Shown here piece after piece: positions 52,001-63,140 of a stretch of DNA of 64,000 nucleotides. A program made the position numbers and the translations under genes. Origin of the DNA: Nitrosopumilaceae archaeon (GTDB lineage: Archaea; Thermoproteota; Nitrososphaeria; Nitrososphaerales; Nitrosopumilaceae); assembly GCA_965207375.1 (NCBI GenBank), contig CBDBMG010000002.1:576001-640000 (forward strand), in the 5' to 3' direction. Each line of letters begins with the position of its first letter. Positions within the stretch are counted from its first letter, which is position 1. Under the pieces are notes generated by a model. That model ran no database searches. It was not told the DNA's origin and was given only the letters and a program-made list of their open reading frames with translations.

Positions 52001-53344
52001 AAGTCATCTGCTACTCTCACAAGACGTCACGCAAAGAGATTGTAAATTATGAACACGAGACATCATGTGCTAGTACTAACTACAGCTTAGTAGCTATAGC
52101 GCTCTCATTGCAGCTCTATAGATCTAGCTACTACTTTATAACTCCAACTTATTGAGTGAAAATCCCATGTAACACAAAAACAAAGACCGCACAGGTTTTA
52201 AGGCAGATAAGGAAAGAAAGGAAGGTTCTCCTTCAAGTAGAATGAAGCCTGCAGAAGCATATAAATACCCACCATGGATCTTTAACTGAAACTGATGATG
52301 TAGGCATTCAGTTCTGTTGATTTGTATATACTGATCTAGCTATATACATAGACTGGTGTTTTGATAATTTGATTTAATGAATTACATAATTTACACTGCT
52401 ATGGCTATACAAATAAATTTGACTTCATTAGATTAAGAATAAATGGTTATAAGACACTATCTTAACCAAAATATAATAATAAAGAAAAATAATCTCAAAA
52501 TATAAACAAGGAGGTGTCCTGCAGCAAACGCATTAAACTGGATAACAATCTTTTTAGTCCTGATAAAGCAGTTAAATGGCATACCTTCTAACCTAACTTT
52601 CATATGCACACAATATGTTGTGCAAGGCATACAGTAACGAAAAAATGATGATTGTGTGGCAGACTGGGTCTAATTTCATATAACTAGCTAGTATCTAGAT
52701 ACAAAGGGAAATTTAAAGGCTATTTTTGTTGCTGAGATATATATCCCAACTTCTTCAAAAATGATGCCATTTCCCCTTCATTTGAAAAATGAAATAAATA
52801 TCAGAGCCTGGAATTAGCAGCTAAAGCGTTTAGACTACAGCCTTGAGTTATGACCTATGAGTAATTATACATACCTTTTATAGGAGAAGCACAAGCATGA
52901 TGTTGAGGGTTTGCATTGTTGCAGATCTAGGATCTTGTAACAAGAATGACACCTAATTAAGCACCACTACTAATGGTAAGTAAGGGGGGCTTATTAATGA
53001 TAAGTAACAGGCGCTTACAAATGGTAATTAAGGGCACCAATTATAAGTGTAGATGCTTATGTTCTGGATGCATTATAATTAACTGCTATAAACTCAAGAT
53101 AAAGGTGCCATAAATTTAAGTGCCATTGTAATAAGTTGCGCATGCACAGGAACTCGCCATTACGTTTGGTGAAAGATTTCTGCAAAAGCTTATAACCATG
53201 TCTGTTAAAATTTGGTCCTGTAATGTTTGGTGGAACAGAGAAAATTATTGAGTATCTTTGCCAGCATAGAGTACTAGTTGGGAGCAACACCTGTGCAAGG
53301 TTACTTTATATTTATTACAATTAAAATATAATAAACATAATTAT

Positions 53345-53690
53345 TTAGATGCAGTGGAGCAGCTATGCAAGAATGGGATGTGACAGATGGAGTTGCATGG
53401 TTTTGCAAGCAATGTAAAACCTGTAAATTCATACGTGATGGTAGCTTTTTTCTAAGTCTCGGCTGCCACTGCAAAAATGGTTCCTTATGCTGTGGCTTTG
53501 GGCAAGAGAATACCCAGTAACTGAGGCAAATGCAGAAGCAGAAATCGGCCGCCCTGCAGCAGTTGACATTTACCAGTGATTGCGTGAAGTCTGTTCAACC
53601 AAACTCATCCAATCACGGTCATCCTGGGTGGACCTGGTGAATTTGTACAAGTTGATGAATTGTTATTCTATCATAAGCCGAATAAACATA
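53345..53690 (+). pseudogene. Merlin/IS1595-like transposase fragment
   Basis: C..CK..IRDGSFF, LQKWFLMLWLW, LREVCSTKL, LGGPGEFVQVDELLF.HKP. Confidence 0.8.
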
Positions 53691-54549
53691 TCATGAACCA
53701 CGGTAGTGGGTTCATAATAGGGATCACGCCAAAAATTGCAAAAATCCTAATAGAACGTTCACTAAAATCAATTTTAAAACCACCTTAATAGCTTTTATTC
53801 GTTGAGAGAAATCTTTGAGGGTGTCCTTTAGTGTTGCTTCGTTTTCGTGATTTTTACTGACAACCGAAATACCTCCAATTCTCCATATTCTTCTTCTTCT
53901 TCTTCTTCTTATTATTATTTTTTTGTTTGGAGAGGCTACAGCAAAATTAAAAGTGGATATATCCGAATTAGATCTTTAGAATATCCGTGGCCAGCTCTGT
54001 GGCTATTTAAAAATTTCGTTTTGTAATGCGACCACAACATATGGCACAAAACAGCTTCTTCTTGGACACCATCGAGCGTGAAGCCATAAAAACACGAGCC
54101 AATGCCCACCATCATAACTGCCTCCCTTGCAAGAATATTGCGCTAAAAACTGCTTAAACCTTCTTAACAAGTTCCTGCGAATTATATTGAGCCATTTTAA
54201 GGGCATTTCTGAGAGTTGGAATTTCTGATGTTGAATTGTTTATCCGCTTCATCACTTACTTGTATCGCCCACCCCGTTAATCTAATTAGTTTGCAACTGC
54301 GTGGTTCTAAACAATTCAAATCATTCAGTGATAATGAACTAGAGTGTTTTTTGAGGTAAAATAGAATAGTTATTTGGTAAACCTAAGATATATATTTAAG
54401 CCTATATGTTATATAACCCTGCTAAATGTTTTCGGCACTTCTAATGATTTAGCGCACATAAACAGATAATGTACTACTGCATTTATATGCTAGCCTACAG
54501 CACAACTTATTTATCTACCTCACCTGTGTTGCCTCTTTTACAAATATTA

Positions 54550-56124
54550 GAGTAGGTGTGACTATTATGAGACAGTGGGTATTATGAGACACTTAGGCGT
54601 ATCGTTGTGAATTTTTCGTTACTACTTCACCTTGCTCTAACATACGTGCGGCCATAATATTTGGCCATTACGTGACCTTCATTTAGCTTACGCTCGTGTG
54701 ATTTATCACGTAATTTAAGGATTTAAAATTGAGCGTGTAATAGTCATTGCGCGTGTTCAACTGGAATATTCGATGAAATTAGTTGAAAGCTAGTTGCATG
54801 GCATCACAAAAGCAAAAGTTATGGACAGATGAAAGCATGGAAGCAGCTTATCAAACTGTCTTAGATGGCGAGGGCCTTAGAGAAAGGTCTAGGCTCTATA
54901 ATGTGCCAGTAGAAACTCTGAGGAGGAGGGTGAATGGATCTGTTGGCTTAGGGTGTAAGTCAGGACCAGCTACTATTCTTAATGATGAACAATTAAGAGG
55001 GTCTATTATGCGAGTATATTATAAAAATAGCAGATATGGGATATGGATTGACTAAGGAAGATGTACAACGTTTAGCATTTTCTATAGTGGAGAAAATCGG
55101 CTGCAAGCATCCATTTACTGACGGAAAGGCAGGTCGCGGATGGTTTGATGGGTTCAAATTACGCCATCCTTAGTTGACTTTTCACACCCCACAATCATTG
55201 CGAGGAAAAAATTTCCTCAACAGTCAGAGTGTCTGTATCACAGACCCTGAAATTCTAAAAGAATTAAAGGCAAAAGAGGCTGAGAAGGCTGATGAAGCAG
55301 AGAAGAAAAGAGTGAGGATAGCTGAAAGAGCCAAAAAGAAGTAGCAAAAAGAGAAGAAAAAAGAAAGAGCTAGAAGAAAAAAAGAGATATCAAAGAAGAA
55401 AAACAATCAGACACAATTGCAAGAGGTGAATCTAAATCCATCAGGTGACGAAGATGATGCTGAATGCCCCATATGTGGGTTGCTGTATAAAGATGATGAA
55501 TCAGGGGATTCATGGATATGTTGTGATAAATGTAATGACTGGTTCTGCTTTAAATGTTCAGGATTAGATGATGTGAATGATGATTTTTATTGTGAAATGT
55601 GTAAATAGTTTAAGAGACAGTGTGTGCATGCATGTTTGAACATTAGCCATACATCATTCAAATTTATAATTTGGTATGTTAAAGTCATTAGTTTATGAGC
55701 TAAATTTTAGTGTCTCATAATTAATCAAATGTCTCATAATTGGCTCTTTAATATGTAGTATGAAAATGCATTCTTACCTATACTTTAAGAAATGAATATT
55801 GGGATTGAATACCACCCATTTATGATAGGATAGGTACATAACATATACCCAAAGTTTGGTGTCTGAGGACTTTTACTTTTGTATTTCCTGGAATTTATAT
55901 TTTGGTATTTCTTGATTCATCAATTGTCTCATAATGGCTGTTTGCATATATAATATGAAAATGCATTTTTTTCTACTGTAAGGAATGATTATTGGGATTA
56001 AATATCACCCACATATAATAGGATAGGTACATAACATCTAGCCAAAGTCTTGGTGTCTGATGTCTTTTACTTTTGCATTTCCTGGAATTTATATTTTCGT
56101 GTCTCATAATTGTGGCACCTACTC
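54550..56124 (+). mobile_element. Internally deleted pogo-family element (HTH-psq, CENP-B-type HTH, PHD finger; DDE domain missing)
   Basis: TA|GAGTAGGTGTGACTATTATGAGAC ... GTCTCATAATTGTGGCACCTACTC|TA. WTDESMEAA..YNVPVETLRRR, AGRGWFDGF..RHP, CPIC..WICCDKC..C..CEMC. ~190-bp subterminal duplication at the right end. Confidence 0.9.
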
Positions 56125-56134
56125 TACACTGTTC

Positions 56135-57150
56135 GGGTGTCTCTAATCAATGGAATGGAATATGGACTGGAATGTGGAATGGAATGGACTCAACAATAAA
56201 TAGGTCTACTCGTAGCTATATTATTACGAATGGAAATTAATTATTAATAAACTTATCAAGGGTATTCTAACTCATTTTCAGATCAAGGATTTTCTGCTTC
56301 ACCATTTCAGTGTTCGTATTTTTCACCCGCATATTCTAGACAAAGTTATGTGCTTCCATCTACTGGTTCTCAAGTTGAATATTCATACAGATCACCAACT
56401 CTTCAAGGACAAAATCTTACACTACCATCTTTTAGCTTAAACTTGTTACCACCACCACCACCACCACCACCACCACCACCACCACCACCACTTGTTCCGC
56501 TACAACCAACTCCAACTGTAACTAATATGAATACACAGAACGTTTCTGGTGGCATGTGTAATGTAATTGTATCCCAAACTACTTTACAGCCTTTAAATCA
56601 AGCAGATTTGGAACAAAGACCATTTAATTTGCACTCTATATCTGGAAACATTTCACGATGTGCCGGATGCAAGAAAAAGTATTTCAAGCCTCCCAAGGTA
56701 CCAGATGATTTATGCATTCAGCATGAAGAATGGCGCCAGGTTACATTCCCTAATTCTTCATCACCATCAAAGATCTTTAGCAATGCGTATTACCATGCAA
56801 GTTTATTCTGCATTAAATCAAAGTGGCCTTTGTTTACACCAAACCAGGTAGTAATTCCCCCATCTATCTATGCCAGATTGTTACCACAGCACTGGGACTT
56901 GTTTTATAGAGTCTTTGGCACATGATTACTAGGTAGCATTTTTTGGGTATGTATGTATAAACTCGTGATTTGTTATGTGGTTATTTATAGTGATAATTTA
57001 CTGCATGTATTAGCTATAATGCATGACAACTAGCTAGCTGGTTTTACACCTTTAGCATGCATGTATAGAGCTATAACTAGATGCTAGAGAAGCTATTCCA
57101 TTCCATTCCACATTCCAGTCCATATTCCATTCCATTGATTAGAGACACCC
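56135..57150 (+). mobile_element. Non-autonomous MULE with 10-bp TSD
   Basis: TIRs GGGTGTCTCTAATCAATGGAATGGAATATGGACTGGAATG.. and complement. TACACTGTTC at 56125-56134 and 57151-57160. Confidence 0.93.
56282..56925 (+). CDS. Terminal exon of a MULE protein: poly-Pro linker plus Cys/His module homologous to the C-terminus of the 3040-5361 ORF
   Basis: GNISRCAGC..PDDLCIQH.E.R..NAYYH...C...WP versus GNISVCTGC..PYNMAIQH.E.R..NAYYH...C...WP. Acceptor TTTTCAG at ~56281; (CCA)n tract. Confidence 0.65.
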
Positions 57151-57900
57151 TACACTGTTCACAATATGCTCCACAATATTGTATTAAAAGCCATGCATGC
57201 ACCTCCCATATTTCCCTGCAGGAGTTGTTGACAACAGTAGCTGAATAGCAGTGGTATTTCCTGTTAATGTATAAATAGTCTAGGGGTTGGAGCTACTTAA
57301 ATTGAACCATAAACAATGATTTATGGTATAGTTAAATCCTGGCATGAGGTTAATATAAACGATATCACTGGAGGGGACGGGATTTAACTGGCTTCTATCC
57401 CAGTGTACAATACGTAATCAACTTCCTGTAATCAAGCAAGCGTTTCGCAACTATACAAGATTTGATTGGCTTATTTCCTGAAAACAGTTAAATTGTTCGC
57501 TCGGAACGACTCTTTAGATGGCGACAAGTTAGCTCGTCTTTTGCTTGGGATGGTATATTTGGAAGTCGGTCAGCAGCAAAGGCAATTAATTAGGCGAAAA
57601 CGTACACATCGGCCGGAGCGGAGTCGAAAAAGTACGTCGTTCAAACGATAGCAAAGCACCATTATCTCCAACAAGTCAGCTGCTGTTTCAGTAATAAAAC
57701 ATGTAAGAGAATTTGTCGGATCAACGATAAAACACGATCACAGTCTGTTTCTGATCGCCTGCTACTCATCTAGGTGAAAGGATGTAATTCCGTTCCCTTA
57801 CATATATTTCACTTTTGTAATTGAAATATTCTAAATACATACAATTATAATTCAAATTATTACATAATCATTACAATGCGTAATCTACTATTGCTTTCGC

Positions 57901-58082
57901 GGTAAAATTGAATTGGCGGTTAACCAACACGTGGTTTACTGGTTCCTTTTTGTGGTCTTCTTGGCGTCATGGCTATGTCAACTCTAGGACCAATTATTTT
58001 TGCTAATAACACTATTGCTGCCATCAATTTTCTGAAGAGCAAGGGGCTACTGGCTAGTAGCATGAACTGTACCACATGTGGA
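57901..58082 (+). pseudogene. Merlin-like element 5' end and transposase N-terminus
   Basis: GGTAA start; MAMSTLGPIIF..AINFLKSKGLLASSMNCTTCG resembles the Merlin FL...GLL....C..C start. Confidence 0.55.
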
Positions 58083-58139
58083 GGGCGAGAAAGACTACCA
58101 TATAATACAATTAGATCGTTTTCTTTCAGTTCGCAGAAA

Positions 58140-58202
58140 GAAAACCTGCGAGTCCAGTCCACGGTCCAGTCCAGTCCAGAGTCCAGGTTTTGTAAAGGCC
58201 CC
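58140..58202. mobile_element. Solo MULE-like TIR fragment
   Basis: (AGTCC)n pentamers followed by GGTTTTGTAAAGGCCCC, the same style as the GGAAT/GGACT-repeat TIRs at 56135. Confidence 0.5.
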
Positions 58203-58554
58203 TACTGAGACTTACTATGGTTGCCCACTATGTGGGCACAAAAAGTAAGTGTAACATGTGTATCTGCTGGTGATAATACGTAGATGAATTTGATGTGACA
58301 GTGGCCTCCATAGAAGAGGAATATCTTGAAGGTAGTGCCCAAAACAAATTTATATTATTTCTAGTGGATGGTTGTTGCCTACGTAGGATTAGTCTATGGA
58401 GGTAAGGTACCAAACCATCATGCTTAGTTCTTTGCATACAAAATTTGCAATTGCTCACCAAATAGTTTTTCAACACAATACTCAGGTTTACTCTTTCATA
58501 TGTATGTATGTGTAACACATCTTATTCTATGATATACGTACCTTAAATGTTGTA

Positions 58555-59150
58555 TTCCTTCACTTGTGCTGCCAGGTCACAACCCACCCATACCAACCCC
58601 AGCAGGTAATACATATTATTGTATTATTTACTTTTACTTGTGCTACCAGATCACCACCAGCATGTCCCCCCACCCCCTGTAGATGGTAACACATACAATA
58701 ATATTGTATGATATGCATTTACTTATGCCACCAGGTCACCAGCCACCAGAGAACCCACCGGAGGCCAACCCCCCTGGCCCACCCGCAGATGGTAACATAC
58801 ACAATAATATTGTATGATATGCCTTTACTTGTGCCACCAGATCACCAGCCACTGGAGGAAGGCTCACCATCCCCAGCTAATCCTCCTCCTCCTGCAGCAA
58901 ATGGTAGCTTGTATTATGCAAACAATATCTTTGACATTCTTGTTCTCAGAAATACTAGTACAACTGCAAAGAATCGTGGAGCAACTTAACAGTATGTACC
59001 TTTAGCAATATGACAATACATGTGTAGTAACTTAGACATTGTGTAGATCAACAAAGAGGCCGAAGCCAAAGCCGGGGACGTGGAAGAGGGCGGGGGGAAG
59101 AGGAAGAGGACAATGGAGAGGAGGAGGGGGAAAATTTTACTTCATATTTA
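58555..59150 (+). other. Repeated Pro-rich micro-exon/intron units ending in a Gly/Arg-rich segment
   Basis: GGTAA(C/T)ACATA..ATATTGTATGATATGC..ACTTGTGC.ACCAG intron-like units at ~58605, 58685 and 58791 separate C-rich exon-like segments. Confidence 0.45.
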
Positions 59151-59476
59151 AAAAAATAATATATATTGTATTTAACATTTATTATTGTATTTAACTTATA
59201 TTTATGTATTTATATTTATATATTCAGTAATAAAGTGATTATGAAAATTAAAAAATCCATGTATGGTAGTATTTAAACAGCTGTGAGTGGGTGCTTCAGT
59301 TTCAGATTCGTCTGATAGTTTAGCTAGTGACTACAAGCAAGGGTCTCGCCAATGTCTTATAAAGTATAGACGGGTTGCCTTTTATAGGCGTGGTCAATAA
59401 TTACGCAACGTATTTCACGTGAGCAATATTGTCCACCATTTTGTAGGTCAGAACGTAGTGTACGCTTCACTATGAA

Positions 59477-61471
59477 ATGGAGAGTGAATACCAGTTAGCG
59501 CTTGATCCTGAAGCTAAGAAGCGGTATAAAGAGAAGCTGGTGTTGATTCTGAAGAGTTACCCGATCCGTATGCTGTTTCAGATGAAAAATGGGTAGATGA
59601 CATTACCAAGTGGCCAAGTGTGGAATATGGAGATATTTACAATTATCTTATAGATTCAAAGGGTCGTTATACAAAAGAATCGCTGAAGGCCTTCAAGTCT
59701 TTAGAGGCCTACAATTACTTTGTTAGTGGGCATGTCAGAACTGTTTATTTGTATGAGCCTTCGGAACAGAGTAAGTATGTCATTCTAATGGCAGAGGTGA
59801 ATCCCAGCCAGAAGTCACCAAATGGTCCCCATAAAGCCTGGGTTATTGTTTGTAAAAAAGATGGAGAAATAATGATTGGCCACTGTAAATGCAAGGCTGG
59901 GTAAGGAAGCACATATGTGTATCATCCATCATTTCACATTTTCTGTTTGTAGGAGGGGTGAGGTCTGTAGTCATGTGGCTGCACTGCTGTTTAAAGTTGA
60001 GGCTGCATGTCGACTGGGGTACAATCGACCTACATGTACATCCTTGCCATGTGCCTGGAACCAATCATTTTCCACCAAAGTAAGACTTCATAAAATATTT
60101 TAGCTAATATAGTCACTCAATGTATTTATTGCAGTTTGACCCAGCATTAGTTGTGGATATCAATTTCATAAAGCCAGATCACAAGAAACCAAGTGAATCA
60201 TCAGCACCCACTTCAACAGCAACTCAACCTTCAACTAGACAATCACTGATGGCTCAGCAATCTGAAGTTAATGTGGACAATTTCTATCAGGCACTCCATG
60301 CAATTATCCCCGGTGCATGCATTTTCACTTCAGTTCCAGTTCCTTCTGCTGAGCCAGAATCAGATGTTGTAATAACAACTGCGGCTACAGTAAGTTGTAC
60401 ACCAGCACCAACTGAATATCAACCCGATGTCAGGGATGCACCAAGTGATGAATCTGCTTCAGTTTTGACTATAGCAGATAACGAGGCAGATGAATGTCAG
60501 ATTCTTGTAGCAAATAATGCTGAATGTCAGACTCCTGTAGTAGATACTGCAAACAATGAGGTGGTGGATTATCAGATTCCTGTAACAGATAATGCAGACA
60601 ATGAACCGATTCCTGCACCTTTAACTGCTTTGCATCAAGAAAAGTATGAATATCAGCATGACTCTGTTGTATGGAGAGAACAGCGAAATGGGCGCTTGAC
60701 AGCTTCAGTCTTTCACGATGTGTATGTCCGAAAAGAATCAACAAATCCTGAACCACTCGTAAAGCGAATCATGGAATATGAGCAGAGTGACCTCAGTTAT
60801 ATTGCGGCTATCCACTGGGGAGTCCAAAACGAAAGTGTTGCAAGGCAGCAGTACACCACTATGATGTCCGCAGGCCATGAAGGATTTACATGTAACTTGA
60901 GTGGCCTTTGGATCAATCCGCTTTATCCACACTTGGGAGTAAGTCCTGATGGTATAACGACTTGTAGCTGTTGTGGAGATGGCCTGTTGGAGATTAAATG
61001 TCCATTTTCAGCCAGACATGCTAGCTCTCTTAATAATGAACCTGTGCTTTCTTGACAGACACAGGTTATTTGAGCCGGAAACATCGCTACTACACTCAGG
61101 TTCAAGGTCAGCTCATGGTTAGTGGCCAGTTATTTTGTGACTTTTTCATTTGGACCCCTACTGTTTACAAAGTTGAGCGAATATACCCTGATGTGCACTT
61201 TTGGGAGAAATTGGAAAAACGGCTAACATCGTTTTTTATAGCCAATGTACTCCCTGAGATTATGACCTGCAGACTAAAGCAAGACGACAATGAAAGTGAC
61301 AAAGAGAATCAAGTTTATTGCACATGCCAGAAACGCAGTACAGGGCGAATGATAGCATGTGACAATCGTCAATGCAAGTATCAATGGTTTCATTACAAAT
61401 GTGTGGGAATCAAACGAGCCCCAAAAGGTGATTGGTTTTGTACAGATTGTAAGATAGCCAAATTAGTATAA
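59477..61471 (+). pseudogene. SWIM + YqaJ (lambda-exonuclease-like) + PHD accessory gene of ISL2EU
   Basis: Introns 59901-59952 and 60080-60134. CKCKAG-RGEVCSH, W..QR.GRLTAS, SPDG..LEIKCP, YYTQVQGQ, YCTC..CDN..C..WFH..C..WFC..C. Frameshifts near 59543 and 61045. Confidence 0.88.
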
Positions 61472-61577
61472 TCGCTTTCAATTATTACATAATATAACAC
61501 ATTGTATATAATTTATTGTAATCACTTATAATTACATGTACATAGCTAACACATTAAAGAATTACACATATTTAAAT

Positions 61578-63140
61578 TCAAGTCACTAATGGTGAATGTA
61601 GGTTACACAATGCAGCACAGGTAAAAACTATTTTATCTATCGTTGCAGATTCTGTTTCATGGTCTCGCTTGATAAGACTGATTGGTAAAGTTGACTGGAG
61701 GATTTTATAGTTCATCATTCTTCCAATGGCCCTCTCAACGTGGATCCGAATATTAGAGAGCTGTCTAGAAAACTCTACTTCCCGCTGTGACAACTGGGGT
61801 TTTCCCTTAGTAAAAGGTGGAATGGCTAATGATGCTCCAACCATGGCAAGATCATCTGCAAATACCAAGTCCCCATATTTCAAATGCCTCATCAAGCCAC
61901 TGTTTACTGTCAGATGCCGATCAGACACACGACCTCCCCAACACTTGGATATAAAAGACACTGCTCCTGTTGGGGTTATAGCTACAAGAAATTTTACTGT
62001 GTTATGACTTTTATAGTTTGAATAGGTCTGACCTCTGGCTGTTAAAGATGTAGGCCTTTGAATAAACACTTCAGAGCAATCTATTATGCAAACAGCTTTG
62101 GAATAACGTGGCTTGAAGCAACTAGGCATATGTGTAACAATCATTTCCTTGTCTGGCCATACAATCAATGGCTGGAGCCCCTGAAACATGACATCAATCC
62201 ATCTATGAAAAATTCTAGTCACTTTTGATTCATGAATTTCAAACATACTTCCTATAACTTGATTTGTAAATGCTTGTGAAATTTTCATCAAGGTTACCAA
62301 CAGCTCATCGTCTAAGGTCAATCCTGAACCAAGACTCTTTTCTTTGGTAACAAATGGGGTAAGATGGGTTAAGATCAACGCAAAGACATTGTAAGATGGT
62401 AGTCCTGTAAATAAATGAGTTTGCTTATCATCATTTTTGATCTTTAAGGCCATACTTGAAGTTTGGTGAAGTTGTCGCATCAACAAAACTTTATCTTCTT
62501 CTGATCCACGTAACTTTTCCACTGCTTCCTTCAATTTCATCTCAGTTGCCTCAATAACTTCCTTGGCTGCTTCCAAACACCCCGCTAAACTAATAACCTT
62601 TTCATTTACTTCCTTCAGGTCTCCTTCTGTATGCAACAACTTTTCTTTCAATTCCATAAGCTCTGGGGGCTGAACATGAAGGCTAAGTTCACCAGATGAA
62701 TGTGGTAAGGCCTCAATGTGAGGGCTGGGTTCTTCAGGATTCAAGTCTGTAACATCATCTGGTTGTTGAAGCTCTGTTTCTGTGTCATCTGAGTCATCTT
62801 TGGAGTCCCTTTCACACTCAGGAAGTTGAGATTGCCTTTTCCGCCTCGCTTGCAGTCTTTCATACCTGTCAACATTATCCCTCTGGACAGCAACATTACT
62901 TGTGGTGAAACTGAATAATGAAGGCACATAGTCAGGGTTATTCGGGAAACGAGACGGCTTTCTTGAAACAAAATGTAGTTGGCAGACCATGCTGTATTCA
63001 TTCGGCGTCCAGTTTTCGCGTTTAATCGCTCTAATCCAACTATCTCGTCTACTAGGATCGGTTGGAAAACGAAATAACTTCATCCCTTTCTCTTTACTGT
63101 ATCGACTAGTACAATTCACAGCACAACAAGTGGCAGGCAT
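61578..63140 (-). CDS. THAP-domain Harbinger/IS5-type (DDE_Tnp_4) transposase
   Basis: CCAVNC..FRFP..W..VCQLHF..VPS (THAP); TGLP, IIDCSE, YSNYKSHNTVK, GGRVSD, RIHVERAIG. The expected ADRGF motif is shortened to ADDL. Confidence 0.9.
   Translation of the reverse strand: MPATCCAVNCTSRYSKEKGMKLFRFPTDPSRRDSWIRAIKRENWTPNEYSMVCQLHFVSRKPSRFPNNPDYVPSLFSFTTSNVAVQRDNVDRYERLQARRKRQSQLPECERDSKDDSDDTETELQQPDDVTDLNPEEPSPHIEALPHSSGELSLHVQPPELMELKEKLLHTEGDLKEVNEKVISLAGCLEAAKEVIEATEMKLKEAVEKLRGSEEDKVLLMRQLHQTSSMALKIKNDDKQTHLFTGLPSYNVFALILTHLTPFVTKEKSLGSGLTLDDELLVTLMKISQAFTNQVIGSMFEIHESKVTRIFHRWIDVMFQGLQPLIVWPDKEMIVTHMPSCFKPRYSKAVCIIDCSEVFIQRPTSLTARGQTYSNYKSHNTVKFLVAITPTGAVSFISKCWGGRVSDRHLTVNSGLMRHLKYGDLVFADDLAMVGASLAIPPFTKGKPQLSQREVEFSRQLSNIRIHVERAIGRMMNYKILQSTLPISLIKRDHETESATIDKIVFTCAALCNLHSPLVT

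Noticed and set aside
53719-54547. Repeat-like segment starting TAGGGATCACG with a (TTC)n tract
   Set aside because: Probably a non-autonomous element, but no matching second end or TSD was found, so it is not annotated.
56145-56190. (GGAAT)n satellite or telomere-like repeat
   Set aside because: Part of the MULE TIR, mirrored at 57095-57140.
53345-58082. One Merlin element split by the pogo and MULE insertions
   Set aside because: The N-terminal fragment (57969) lies downstream of the central fragment (53345) on the same strand, so they are separate remnants.
61300-61471. ING-family PHD host gene
   Set aside because: It is the C-terminal PHD of the YqaJ gene inside the ISL2EU TIRs.
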